NCBI GenBank assembly: GCA_963665665.1
Contig: OY762428.1
Location: 864,001 to 928,000 of the forward strand
Length of the DNA stretch: 64,000 bases
Source of the DNA: Candidatus Kapaibacterium sp.
GTDB taxonomy: Bacteria; Bacteroidota; Ignavibacteria; Kapaibacteriales; UBA2268
Direction of reading: 5' to 3'
Part shown: positions 1 to 9,869 of the stretch, piece by piece
Position numbering within the stretch: position 1 is the first letter of the stretch
How the letters are laid out: every line of letters starts with the position of its first letter
Position numbers and translations under genes: made by a program
The notes under the pieces: generated by a model
The model's input: only the letters and a program-made list of their open reading frames with translations
What the model was told of the DNA's origin: nothing
The model's database searches: none

Positions 1-1597
1 GGCCGTCAGCGCCAGGCAGCGAGCCGTCATCATAATTCTGATTGTTATAGCCGTCCGTAATTCTGAATGAAAAATCCGCTGTAAAGCCATTTCCTACAGA
101 AACTTTATTCTCATACCATACTGCTCCTTTGCTCCATGTTTTTGCTTTGTTCAATATCATGGATTTTTCAGTAAAGCCGGCATCACCATTTTTTGTAAAT
201 CTTTCCTGCGTAATCAACCCGGGATAATTGAAAGAGGATTCGTTGCATTCTTTAAGTTTTATTATAAAAGCGTCCTGATATTCAATTGCAACTGTGGGTA
301 CATCCGGCTGGAAATATACGGTATCTTCGAAACTACCTGACATAATAATATCATAATTATTAAAAATCCGGGTTTTGATAGGATAATCAGAACGTTTGCC
401 ACCAACTGTAAAAGTTCCCATTACCTTATAGTTATCATCAAAAACTGTACAATATGCATCAGACAACCCCTTACTTTCAACACTGTCTCCTCCACAATCA
501 ATAAAACCGGAAAAACGCCCGGAAAGCAATAAATTACCGGCATACCAATTAAGAGAAGAAGACAAATATGTTTTTCTTGATTTGAAATTTTTTGAGTTGA
601 TAAGGTTGCCCTTATTATCGTATTTCAAAATATAACTATTTGTATGTTGGAAATATGAAGAAAACAGAAAATTGTTATTTTCATACAGGTCGCCGGTATA
701 ATATCCCGTAACATAACAACAATCACCCTCAATCAGCAAATCTCTGGTATAATCTGAATTTTCACAGCCTATTGTCTTTAGCCATTTCAATTTAAAATCT
801 TTATCAATATATGCAATAAAACCGTCGGCTCCGCCACGGGAGGGTATCGAATCTTTATTATCATAAATTGAACCGCTGAAAAATCCGGCTATAAACATAT
901 TATCTGATTTATCTATCCCTATATGGCTTCCACGCTGCTGCTTATATCCGGATATTGTCATGGAATTTATATAATCTCCGTCCGGGCTATATTTTACAAG
1001 CAGCATATCAGTACTTCCTGTTCTCGCTGTATGAGTTTTACCGTTTCCAAGATCAATTGTATCCATGAATTCGCCGGTCAGAACAAGATTTTCTTCAGAA
1101 TCAAAATCCATAGAATAAAAAGTATCATAAAATTCGCTTCCAAGCGACTTTACCCAGATAATATTGCCGTTTGGTTCAAGTTTTAATATTAAAATATCAA
1201 GGTCACCATTAGAAATATATTCATTGCCATCAATCATCACACTTCCCCGATACCACCCGGCAAAATATATTTTTCCATTTTTATCAACTTTAATATCCCA
1301 ACCAACGTCGTCTCCCTGTGACTCGAATGTTTTTATCCAGAGAAAATTTCCATTCGGGTCGTGTTTGCAAATAAAAATATCAGTATCCCAATTGGCCAGC
1401 ACAATCGTGTCCTTCATAACAATTGTTCCCTTGAAACTACCAGTGGAATAAATATTGCCTTCATTGTCACAGGCTATTGATTCTAAATTCTCGGAACCGC
1501 TTCCCCCGATTTGAGCTACCCACTCCACTGAGGGATTGAAAGCATTCGAAAACTGAAATGATATGAACAAAACTGATACCAGGGTTAGTATTCTCAT
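1..1597 (-). CDS. Secreted SBBP-type beta-propeller protein followed by an L-type (legume) lectin-like domain; 3' end lies outside the window
   Basis: Not in the ORF track because it runs off the edge. Manual translation from ATG 1597 (GGAG upstream) gives a signal peptide MRILTLVSVLFISFQFSNA, then WVAQIGGSGSENLESIACDNEGNIYSTGSF (SBBP-like repeat). In the same frame near position 1 it reads KGAVWYENKVSVGNGFTADFSFRITDG...PGADG, typical of L-type lectin domains. I did not check every codon for stops. Confidence 0.75.
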   Translation of the reverse strand, partial: MRILTLVSVLFISFQFSNAFNPSVEWVAQIGGSGSENLESIACDNEGNIYSTGSFKGTIVMKDTIVLANWDTDIFICKHDPNGNFLWIKTFESQGDDVGWDIKVDKNGKIYFAGWYRGSVMIDGNEYISNGDLDILILKLEPNGNIIWVKSLGSEFYDTFYSMDFDSEENLVLTGEFMDTIDLGNGKTHTARTGSTDMLLVKYSPDGDYINSMTISGYKQQRGSHIGIDKSDNMFIAGFFSGSIYDNKDSIPSRGGADGFIAYIDKDFKLKWLKTIGCENSDYTRDLLIEGDCCYVTGYYTGDLYENNNFLFSSYFQHTNSYILKYDNKGNLINSKNFKSRKTYLSSSLNWYAGNLLLSGRFSGFIDCGGDSVESKGLSDAYCTVFDDNYKVMGTFTVGGKRSDYPIKTRIFNNYDIIMSGSFEDTVYFQPDVPTVAIEYQDAFIIKLKECNESSFNYPGLITQERFTKNGDAGFTEKSMILNKAKTWSKGAVWYENKVSVGNGFTADFSFRITDGYNNQNYDDGSLPGADG

Positions 1598-1739
1598 CTC
1601 CAACTCCATATTGATGTTATCAAAAATATCCGCAGGCGGACTTATATTAAAATTACATATTTTCTAATTAATTTGAAAATATATTAAGAAAAGCATAATT
1701 TTATAATACGATAATTTTTGAAATCTACGGAGAACACTC

Positions 1740-3521
1740 GTGAAAAATTTTCTATTACTGATATTGGCTGTTATTCTGTTTTCGTGCTCCTCGCGGCAGG
1801 AAACTGCATTCGATAATATTTATAATACCGACCTTTATAAGGGTGATGTTATCAACCCTGATTCTACCACGGTCCTGGCAGGCGCTACCCTGATTAATAC
1901 TAATGGTGATGACCCGATCGACAATTCGGTTATCATTATTAAGCAGGGAGCCGTTGTCCGTGCCGGGAAATGGGGAGAAGTGGAAATCCCTGAAAATGCA
2001 AGAATTGTGAATTTAAAGGGAAAATATATTATACCCGGCCTTACCGACAGCCATATACATTTCTTCCAGTCCGGAGGATTATATACCCGCCCGGATGCTC
2101 TTGACCTGAGACACAGAGTTAGCTACGAGGAAGAGAAAAAATGGATACAGGACAACATAGACGATGTTTTCAGGCGTTATATACGCTGCGGCATAACCAC
2201 TGTTGTGGATGTTGGCGGTCCCTACTGGAACTTTGGTATCAAGCAAAGAGCAGAGAATACGATCATTGCACCTAATGCATATTTATGCGGCCCGCTTATC
2301 ACTCCTTATATGCCGGAAGTATTCGCCGATGAAGACCCTGCATTTTTTAAAACGATGAATCCTGTCGAAGCAGCAGCCGAGGCAAGAAGGCAGATTGAAG
2401 CCGGGGCAGACTTTATTAAGTTGTGGTATATTGTGGGTAAAGGCCTTGAGATTGATGATTTCTACCCGGCAGCAAAAGCAGTTTGCGATCAGGCCCATGA
2501 GCTTGGTGTAAAAGTTTATGTTCACGCCACACAGCTTGAAACAGCCAAAGCAGCGGTAAGGGCTGGATGCGACGTTCTTGTTCATATAGTTAATGATAAA
2601 CCTGTTGATGAAGAATTTCTCAACCTTCTGTCTGAAAATGATATTACACTGATGCCAACAATGTGGGTTTTTGAATCCTACGCTGCTGTTTATACAAAAC
2701 AACTCGACCTTATGAAATGCGAACACCTTCTTGGTAATCCTTATGTGATCGGGACATTATTTGATATGCACGAGCTTGACGATTCGGAACTTGGCCCAAG
2801 GCAGAGAAAACTCCTTGCCGAAAACAAACCAATCGAAACAAGCGAAATAATTATTAATAATGTTGCAGCTCTTAACAAAAAGGGAATTAACATAGCTGCA
2901 GGAACAGACGCAGGAAATGTTGGCGTTCTTCATGGCCCGGCTCTATTCCATGAGTTTAAATGGATGAAAAAAGCAGGCATGACAAATATGGAAATACTGA
3001 AATCAGCTACTATCAATGCAGCTGAAATGCTGAACCAGGCTTGCTGGCTCGGTTCAATAGAAAAAGGTAAAGCAGCTGATTTGGTAATACTTAATTCAAA
3101 TCCGCTGGAATGTATATGTAATTGCTCTGATATTTACCTTACAATTAATGACGGCTGGGGATACCCGCCGGAAGAAGTGATAAAGAATACTGCCGAAGAC
3201 CTGGCACAGATTCAGCTTAACGCATATAACGAAAGAGACCTTGAAGCATTCGTCTCGGTTTACTCTCCGGATGTAGAAATATATAATTTCCCAGATGATA
3301 AAATTTATTCCGGCAGGAAAACAATGAGAGAGACATACGCACCGTTTTTCGAGAAAGCAACCAAACTTCACTGCCGCTTAGTTGACAGGATAATATTAGG
3401 CAACAATGTTATCGATCGTGAAATTGTTAAAACCGGTATTGAAGGCCGTGACACTCTGGAAGCCATTGCCCAATACAAAATCGAGGGTGGGTTCATAAGG
3501 AAAGTCTGGTTTACAAAGTAA
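1740..3521 (+). CDS. Lipoprotein amidohydrolase (metal-dependent) with C-terminal SnoaL/NTF2-like domain
   Basis: GTG start with GGAG RBS; lipobox LFSC; amidohydrolase ligands DSHIH, FIKLW, VHAT, LVHI, GTDAG; GSIEKGKAADLV; C-terminal QLNAYNERDLEAFVSVYSPDV...IRKVWF is SnoaL-like. Confidence 0.85.
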   Translation: MKNFLLLILAVILFSCSSRQETAFDNIYNTDLYKGDVINPDSTTVLAGATLINTNGDDPIDNSVIIIKQGAVVRAGKWGEVEIPENARIVNLKGKYIIPGLTDSHIHFFQSGGLYTRPDALDLRHRVSYEEEKKWIQDNIDDVFRRYIRCGITTVVDVGGPYWNFGIKQRAENTIIAPNAYLCGPLITPYMPEVFADEDPAFFKTMNPVEAAAEARRQIEAGADFIKLWYIVGKGLEIDDFYPAAKAVCDQAHELGVKVYVHATQLETAKAAVRAGCDVLVHIVNDKPVDEEFLNLLSENDITLMPTMWVFESYAAVYTKQLDLMKCEHLLGNPYVIGTLFDMHELDDSELGPRQRKLLAENKPIETSEIIINNVAALNKKGINIAAGTDAGNVGVLHGPALFHEFKWMKKAGMTNMEILKSATINAAEMLNQACWLGSIEKGKAADLVILNSNPLECICNCSDIYLTINDGWGYPPEEVIKNTAEDLAQIQLNAYNERDLEAFVSVYSPDVEIYNFPDDKIYSGRKTMRETYAPFFEKATKLHCRLVDRIILGNNVIDREIVKTGIEGRDTLEAIAQYKIEGGFIRKVWFTK

Positions 3522-3547
3522 TAGTTTTTTTTACATTGGCATCTATT

Positions 3548-3607
3548 ATTCCAACGATTTACAGATGTCCAACGCTTTTGAAGTTTTGGACATCTTGCTT
3601 TTGGAAT
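3548..3607. repeat. REP-like intergenic palindrome
   Basis: Perfect arms AGATGTCCAA (3563-3572) / TTGGACATCT (3586-3595), extendable to 13/15 bp, with outer arms ATTCCAA (3548-3554) / TTGGAAT (3601-3607). Confidence 0.6.
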
Positions 3608-3713
3608 GATTTTTTGTTCCCCGACAAGTCGTGGACAGGGCGGGTTTGGGGAAGGTCAGGAGATAAATGTTTTATTTTGTCAATTATTTTTTGAAAATAT
3701 ATAAGGCCAAACC

Positions 3714-4310
3714 ATGAAAAGAGCCATTTTAATTATATTTCTAATGTTTTGCTTTTCTTTGTCATTATATGGTGGCAGCCAGGATACTATTTCTTACAGA
3801 GATACTGTATATCAGGTTTCATATGACGAACTAATAAGCAAAGATTCCATTTATTTCTCGTTAAACTCATTAGATATATTTTATAATATACGAATTGATT
3901 TCATTTATAAATATGAAATCACTGATAACAATAGCTTTTCAATCTGTTCGAATACAGTTTGGGACAAAATGATTGTTAGAAACCCGTGTATTATATTTAA
4001 TAATATACGATCTATAGAAGATATTGAATATGATAAATTGATTAAAAAAATCGAAGAATCTGATTTCAAAGATCCGATTAGGGACAGTACAAGAACGGAG
4101 GATTTTTTTCTATCCATTACCATATGGGATGGAAAGTTTATGAAAACATACAATTATAATTTACCCGAAAAATATGAATTACTGAAGGAAATGTTCTGCA
4201 GTATAAAACCTGACAGGGTAAACTTTTGCGAAATTATGACTGATTTTCTTTCTGATCAAATCGAAGATGTAATACTATATAAAAGGCCACAAGATAAACA
4301 TGAAAAATAA
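3714..4310 (+). CDS. Hypothetical exported protein
   Basis: 198-aa ORF with N-terminal signal peptide; overlaps the start of the next gene, suggesting an operon. Confidence 0.7.
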   Translation: MKRAILIIFLMFCFSLSLYGGSQDTISYRDTVYQVSYDELISKDSIYFSLNSLDIFYNIRIDFIYKYEITDNNSFSICSNTVWDKMIVRNPCIIFNNIRSIEDIEYDKLIKKIEESDFKDPIRDSTRTEDFFLSITIWDGKFMKTYNYNLPEKYELLKEMFCSIKPDRVNFCEIMTDFLSDQIEDVILYKRPQDKHEK

Positions 4311-5616
4311 AATAATTATTCTTATAAGCCTGATTATTCCATCAACACTTTTTGCTCAAATGGAATGGGTTCAGAAGCATTATATTCAATACGAAGATTT
4401 CAGGACATTTGAATGCCTTGACAGCAATAATTGCTATGCTTTTACTGATGCTGTTGGTTCGACAATAATTTATAAATCAACCGATCAGGGAGATACCTGG
4501 TTTGAACTTTACAAAAAGGATCATCTTGCAACCAAAGATTCTTTATACAAAGTCTTTAGATGCCAGGCTCTTGATACAAATAATCTCTATATTTCATATC
4601 TTGACAGGCTTATATTGGACAAAAGTACCGATGGAGGTAAATCATTTAAAAGAATTACCTTTGATACTTTATCAGTTCAGTACAATGCGGATTGCTTTAA
4701 TGCCATCAAAATGTATAATAATCATATTGGTGTTGGAACTTCGAATAATTTTATTATTACAACAAGCAATAACTGGGAAACTTATAAAATTATTGATAAA
4801 GTTGATCACAAATTGGCCGGAGGACCAATATATTTTATTGATTCTAATAATGTTGTATTATTAAAGAAATATAGATTAAGCGATCAGTTTGTTAAATACT
4901 CAATTTATGAAGATAGTTGGACAGATTATACTGTATCAGGAAATGATAATGAAGAGTACCCCAAAGTAATTGCTGATATTTCCTTTACTAGTGATTCTGT
5001 TGCTTTTGCTTGTGGCGGTCAAAAAACCGGGCAGAATTCACTTGCTCGGGATATAATATGGAAAACTACTGATAAGGGAATTCATTGGGAAATAATACTT
5101 GAGCAGGAACATGAACCGGTTTTCGGTTTAAACGGTATAACCTTCAAAGACAAAATGAATGGTATGGCGGTCGGAGCTTGGGGCAAAATACTTCGGACAA
5201 CCAATGGAGGTAAAAGTTGGAACTATATGGATATCCCGGAATCAATAAATAATACTATTTCAATAAAAGGTGGCTTTGCCGGACAATATATGCTGATTGC
5301 CTGCCAAAGATCCGGAATACTAAGATATGAAGATATTACTGATATTGAACAAAAAATATTAGATATCGAATATATCCATATTAAACAAACTGCTGATAAA
5401 TTGCTCATTAGTATTGAAGATAAATCATTCAGGGATTACAAAATGCAAATATTTGATATTTATGGAAATATCATGAATGAAATTGATTTGAATTCAGGAA
5501 TCGGAATACTATATAATCCCATACCTTTGGATTCTTTTATAAATGGCGTATATTTATTTCAGATCACTACTGACGGGATATTGGTTAAATCCGGTAAATT
5601 TATTTTATGCAGGTGA
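4300..5616 (+). CDS. YCF48/BNR (Asp-box) beta-propeller protein with T9SS-type C-terminal sorting domain
   Basis: Signal peptide; Asp-boxes KSTDQGDTW, KSTDGGKSF, KTTDKGIHW, RTTNGGKSW; C-terminus IFDIYGN...NGVYLFQI...KSGKFIL. Confidence 0.85.
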   Translation: MKNKIIILISLIIPSTLFAQMEWVQKHYIQYEDFRTFECLDSNNCYAFTDAVGSTIIYKSTDQGDTWFELYKKDHLATKDSLYKVFRCQALDTNNLYISYLDRLILDKSTDGGKSFKRITFDTLSVQYNADCFNAIKMYNNHIGVGTSNNFIITTSNNWETYKIIDKVDHKLAGGPIYFIDSNNVVLLKKYRLSDQFVKYSIYEDSWTDYTVSGNDNEEYPKVIADISFTSDSVAFACGGQKTGQNSLARDIIWKTTDKGIHWEIILEQEHEPVFGLNGITFKDKMNGMAVGAWGKILRTTNGGKSWNYMDIPESINNTISIKGGFAGQYMLIACQRSGILRYEDITDIEQKILDIEYIHIKQTADKLLISIEDKSFRDYKMQIFDIYGNIMNEIDLNSGIGILYNPIPLDSFINGVYLFQITTDGILVKSGKFILCR

Positions 5617-5753
5617 TTAGATTTTATAAAAATTTATGGTTACATTTTTATAAGGCAATTCGGTAAAAATAATTAGATTATTTTGCGTTTTTTTATAAAT
5701 TTCTTTTTTAATATATTTCAATTAAAATAATAATAATCTTCACTTAGTGAATT

Positions 5754-6935
5754 ATGAAAATTGAACAGCTAAAACTTAAAAATTTCAAGGCTTTTAAGAA
5801 TGCTTCTATGCGAAACATCCCGGATCTTTGCGTTCTTGTCGGGGCGAACGGAAGTGGAAAAACCACACTTTTCGACGTTTTTGGATTTCTGAAAGACGCA
5901 ATGACAGATAATGTGACAACAGCCCTCTCAAAAAGAGGAGGCTATAAACAGGTGGCAAGCCGAAGTCACGAAGGCCCGATTGAAATTGAAATTAAGTTCA
6001 GAGAAAATCCCCAAAAGCCTCTTATAACATATACATTAAAGATTAATGAAGAAAAGGGAAAAGCCTACGTTGAACGGGAAATACTGAAATATCGCCGAGG
6101 AAGCAAAGGGCTACCCTGGCATTTTCTTGACTTTTCACGAGGTGCAGGAACAGCTATTATCAGCGAATTGGAATATCAAATTGACGATGACACTGAAGTT
6201 GAAAGAGACGAGCAAAAACTTGCCAGAGAAGATATTCTTGCAATCAAAGGATTGTCTCAATTTGAAAAATTCCCGGCAGCAGTTAAATTCGGGAGACTGA
6301 TAGAGAATTGGCATATCTCTGATTTTCATATTTCCACGGCAAGAAATATTTTGGAAGACTCTTATGCGGAACACCTCTCGCGAGAAGGCGAAAACCTTTC
6401 ACTAGTAACTAAATTTCTGAAAGAACAACATCCCGAAATTTTTGAAAAAATTCTGGAAACATTGAAACGCAGAATACCGGGGATTAGCTCCGTAACATCC
6501 AAAGTAACTGAAGAGGGGCGGGTTTTACTAAAATTTCAGGATGAAAGTTTTAAAGATCCCTTCCTCGCAAAATACGTATCCGACGGAACAATAAAGATGT
6601 TTGCATATCTTGTTCTTCTGTTTGATCCGGCGCCGCATCCACTGATATGTATTGAGGAACCGGAAAACCAACTTTATCCCAGACTTTTAATGGAGCTCGC
6701 CGAAGAGTTTCGATTATATGCTAACCGTGGCGGACAAGTGTTTATTTCCACTCACTCTCCGGATTTTCTGAATGCGTACGAACTGGAAGAAATATTTATG
6801 CTCGTAAAAGAAAAAGGATATACTAAAATTATCAGGGCAAGCGAGGATAAGCAGCTTAGAGATTACGTTGCCGACGGTGATAAACCGGGCTGGCTTTGGA
6901 AGCAAGGCTTCTTTGAAGGAGTGGATCCGCGATGA
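5754..6935 (+). CDS. AAA_21 / SMC-like ABC ATPase (predicted ATPase of conflict systems)
   Basis: N-terminal LKNFKAF, Walker A GANGSGKT, signature-like VSDGT, Walker B ICIEEPE, H-loop STHS. Confidence 0.88.
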   Translation: MKIEQLKLKNFKAFKNASMRNIPDLCVLVGANGSGKTTLFDVFGFLKDAMTDNVTTALSKRGGYKQVASRSHEGPIEIEIKFRENPQKPLITYTLKINEEKGKAYVEREILKYRRGSKGLPWHFLDFSRGAGTAIISELEYQIDDDTEVERDEQKLAREDILAIKGLSQFEKFPAAVKFGRLIENWHISDFHISTARNILEDSYAEHLSREGENLSLVTKFLKEQHPEIFEKILETLKRRIPGISSVTSKVTEEGRVLLKFQDESFKDPFLAKYVSDGTIKMFAYLVLLFDPAPHPLICIEEPENQLYPRLLMELAEEFRLYANRGGQVFISTHSPDFLNAYELEEIFMLVKEKGYTKIIRASEDKQLRDYVADGDKPGWLWKQGFFEGVDPR

Positions 6936-7486
6936 GTCATATTGTTTTCCTGCTTGAAGAGCCCTCGGCAGAGGAATTTCTGAAACAGATAATGCCACGA
7001 TTATTACCAGGTATTGATTTCAGAATTATTACTTTCGAAGGCAAACAGGATCTGGAAAAAAATGTTGAAAGGAAAATCCGAAGTTACCGGATACCAAACA
7101 CCTCATTCATAATCCTTCGTGATCAGGATTCAGGAGATTGCAGCGAGATAAAATCAGTTCTGAAAGAAAAATGTGAGAAAGCGGGAAAGCCTGATACATT
7201 TATAAGAATAGCCTGCCGGGAACTTGAAAGCTGGTATCTTGCAGATTTAAAGTCGGTTGGAGAAGCGCTCGGAATTGATGGGCTTGAAGATTTACAAAAA
7301 AAGAAAAAGTTCAGGAATCCGGATTTATTAGAAAATCCTTCAATTGAACTGAAAAAACTAACGAAAAACAAATATCAGAAAATATCAGGTTCCAGAGCTA
7401 TTGGAGGACATATAAATCTGAATATATCTTCCTCCAACAGCTTTCGGGTGTTTATTGAGTTACTAAGCAGATTTATTGTTGACTAA
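6932..7486 (+). CDS. DUF4276 family protein (TOPRIM-like putative nuclease)
   Basis: ATGA overlap with the ATPase stop; motifs FLLEEPS, ILRDQD (DxD), RELESWYLAD, YQKISGS and SNSF match my recollection of the DUF4276/RloB-like family. Confidence 0.78.
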   Translation: MSHIVFLLEEPSAEEFLKQIMPRLLPGIDFRIITFEGKQDLEKNVERKIRSYRIPNTSFIILRDQDSGDCSEIKSVLKEKCEKAGKPDTFIRIACRELESWYLADLKSVGEALGIDGLEDLQKKKKFRNPDLLENPSIELKKLTKNKYQKISGSRAIGGHINLNISSSNSFRVFIELLSRFIVD

Positions 7487-7496
7487 CTCCCACCCG

Positions 7497-8108
7497 TCAA
7501 AAACTCGTTGTCAGGAATCTTTTGGCTGAGCTATCCTCGGATAAAGTAAAGCCCGTTGATGAACCTACTGCCATCTGCATTTTCCTTACTGTTTCGTCGA
7601 GTGTTGGTGTACTTATTTCCTTTGCCGGGCGTGATGCTATTTCGCTTATATAAACCGGTTTTTCTATAATCTTTTCAACAACAACGGGTACTTCCCGAAT
7701 AATTTCCCGGTCAACATAAACCGTATCTTTGTATGCTATTACCCGTGTTTCGGTTTTGCCACCACCGGTGAAAATAAAAAGAAATGCAAGGATGCATACT
7801 GCCGCAGCTGCCTGCCATACCGGTATCCTGAATTTTACAATCCCTGAAATATTGAAAACCTTTGCCCGTTTGGGAAGCGAATCCTTCTCCGCCTGCAGCA
7901 ATACCGCGTTGCCGATTTTTTCAGGCGGAGATTTCAGGATATCAGATTCCGAGGCGGTAAATGATGTGTACAGATGCCGAAAATTATCATATTCATTCTG
8001 AGTTAAAAATTTATCGACAAGGGATTTTTCGCTTTTAGTCAGTTCCCCATAATCCTTTGTTTTGGCAAGGATCTCAATTTCTTCCGGCAAATTTTCGTAA
8101 TTTTTCAT
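7497..8108 (-). CDS. Putative membrane-anchored anti-sigma factor
   Basis: ATGA-coupled downstream of an ECF sigma; cytoplasmic N-terminus, IPVWQAAAAVCILAFLFIF transmembrane segment, short periplasmic tail. Confidence 0.7.
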   Translation of the reverse strand: MKNYENLPEEIEILAKTKDYGELTKSEKSLVDKFLTQNEYDNFRHLYTSFTASESDILKSPPEKIGNAVLLQAEKDSLPKRAKVFNISGIVKFRIPVWQAAAAVCILAFLFIFTGGGKTETRVIAYKDTVYVDREIIREVPVVVEKIIEKPVYISEIASRPAKEISTPTLDETVRKMQMAVGSSTGFTLSEDSSAKRFLTTSF

Positions 8109-8665
8109 TTTTCCACTCCGGGATTAAATTCTGATAGATTCACTGATAATTTTTTTATTATATGGAATAACCTCGATTTTACTGTTCCTTCGGATATTCC
8201 CATCACCTCGGCAACTTCTTTAATCTTCAGTTCCTGCCTGAACCTGAGTATAAACACTTCCCTGTGCCCCTCCCCCATTCTGTCAAGTTCTTCCATAAGC
8301 CTGACTGCGAAAATTTTCTCATCGGGATCGGCAGGCAGCTGCACTTTCTCATCTGCCGGCAGAACCGTTGCTCTTACACTTTTCCTGCGGTACTCGTTCT
8401 TCAGCATATTGGATGCAATTCGGTATATCCATGACTGGAAAGACCCGGCAGGATCAAAGTTGCTCTTTTGCTCAATAACCTTCAGGAATAGCTCCTGCAG
8501 GAAATCGCCGGCTATATCATGATTGTAATTCAAAGAACGCAGAAAGAAATAGTACATCTTCTCCGAATATAGCCCGTAGAGTGTTTCAAAAGCCCGGGTA
8601 TCCCCTTTTGCATATAGCTCCATGAGTTTTTCCGGGCTATATTTTTTATATTTTTTCCTGAACAA
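8105..8665 (-). CDS. ECF RNA polymerase sigma-70 factor
   Basis: Region 2 DFLQELFLKV...SFQSWIYRIASN; region 4 REVFILRF...EVAEVMGISEGTVKSRL. Confidence 0.93.
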   Translation of the reverse strand: MFRKKYKKYSPEKLMELYAKGDTRAFETLYGLYSEKMYYFFLRSLNYNHDIAGDFLQELFLKVIEQKSNFDPAGSFQSWIYRIASNMLKNEYRRKSVRATVLPADEKVQLPADPDEKIFAVRLMEELDRMGEGHREVFILRFRQELKIKEVAEVMGISEGTVKSRLFHIIKKLSVNLSEFNPGVEK

Positions 8666-8680
8666 TTCCGCTGCCGCCTA

Positions 8681-9829
8681 TTATTTAAAATATTCCAGGT
8701 ACTTTTCATTTCCTGCTTTTTTAGCAATCATCTCTGCTGTTTTATATACGAAATCTTTTCCGTTCAGATCAGATGAAATTTTAAAATGATCGTACAACTT
8801 CAGCAAAATCGGGAAAAAATTCATATTCATCCTGTCAACAAGTTCACGCGTTATGTCATTGCTGAATTCAATTTTCAGGTAGTCAAGCGCGAAATTATTC
8901 ATAAAATTATTCTTTAGCACGGAAAGATTATCAAAATCCTCTTCGCTGTATTTCATTGCCAGCCCGGTAATATACAGATTATCCTTTATCTCCTCCATGA
9001 ATTTTGAATTCAAAGTACTGCCAACATACACCGGCCTCTTGCCTGAATTCTTAACAATATGTTTTAGAATTTCTGCCATTGTGCCGGGTGTTTTTTTCTT
9101 GATCTTCATTTCACTGATACCGTATTCTTTGAATATCTTTTCCCTGTAATTGTCTAACATCATAAGAGATATATTCAAAACGCCGACATCCTTTTTTACT
9201 GCCAGCACCCGCTGAAGAATCCAGAGAGGGTAGGTATCATTGTCCCCGTTGGTTATAATAATTGCATTGTCTTCAACTGACTGTAGCACATTATAGTTAT
9301 AAGCAAGCAATCCGGGGGAAGGGTCTCCGCTGTCAAACCATTCTTTTAAATATTTATCGAAGTTCTTTCTATCACGTCTAATTTCGTAATAAACCGCCAG
9401 CTCGTCATATAACTCATTGCTTTCTCTCTTTAGTTCAAGGGCTTTCAGCAAGTCCTTTTCCCCTTCTGGAGTGTATGGCCCGTTATTCCAGCATCTTATA
9501 TAATGATATTCAAAAGTTCCTTTGATATGATCTTCCATTTCCTTAAGAATATCTTCAAGCTGTTTGAAATTCTTTTTATCCTCGGTGTACGCTTTGCGGT
9601 TTGTAATACCTGCCATCCTGTTTGCCGTATAGTAATTCAGCCATGCTTTTGCATTTTCGGGTTCACGGTCAATAATTTTCCTCCATTCAATTGACTGTGC
9701 TTTATACCAGTCAAAATCATGTAATTCTTTAACAATCGAATATACTGTCCGGGGTTCAGCGCTCTGCCCGGTTTTACTGTCGGCAAAAACGAGAATAATA
9801 ATTGCACATATTAATAAAAGCCTGCTCAT
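8681..9829 (-). CDS. Exported protein with helical N-terminus and a DUF2723/TMEM260-like soluble domain
   Basis: Likely start ATG 9829 (AAGGAG RBS); signal peptide; segment YNYNVLQSVEDNAIIITNGDNDTYPLWILQ...KDVGVLNISL resembles the soluble part of DUF2723 proteins; no multi-pass membrane region. Confidence 0.65.
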   Translation of the reverse strand: MSRLLLICAIIILVFADSKTGQSAEPRTVYSIVKELHDFDWYKAQSIEWRKIIDREPENAKAWLNYYTANRMAGITNRKAYTEDKKNFKQLEDILKEMEDHIKGTFEYHYIRCWNNGPYTPEGEKDLLKALELKRESNELYDELAVYYEIRRDRKNFDKYLKEWFDSGDPSPGLLAYNYNVLQSVEDNAIIITNGDNDTYPLWILQRVLAVKKDVGVLNISLMMLDNYREKIFKEYGISEMKIKKKTPGTMAEILKHIVKNSGKRPVYVGSTLNSKFMEEIKDNLYITGLAMKYSEEDFDNLSVLKNNFMNNFALDYLKIEFSNDITRELVDRMNMNFFPILLKLYDHFKISSDLNGKDFVYKTAEMIAKKAGNEKYLEYFK

Positions 9830-9869
9830 GATGTCTCCTTTCGGGTTTATGTAATCAATTTTCACTATC

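Noticed and set aside
923-1451. Plus-strand ORFs 923-1186 and 1164-1451
   Set aside because: Antisense shadows of the real minus-strand gene at <1-1597; no recognisable motifs.
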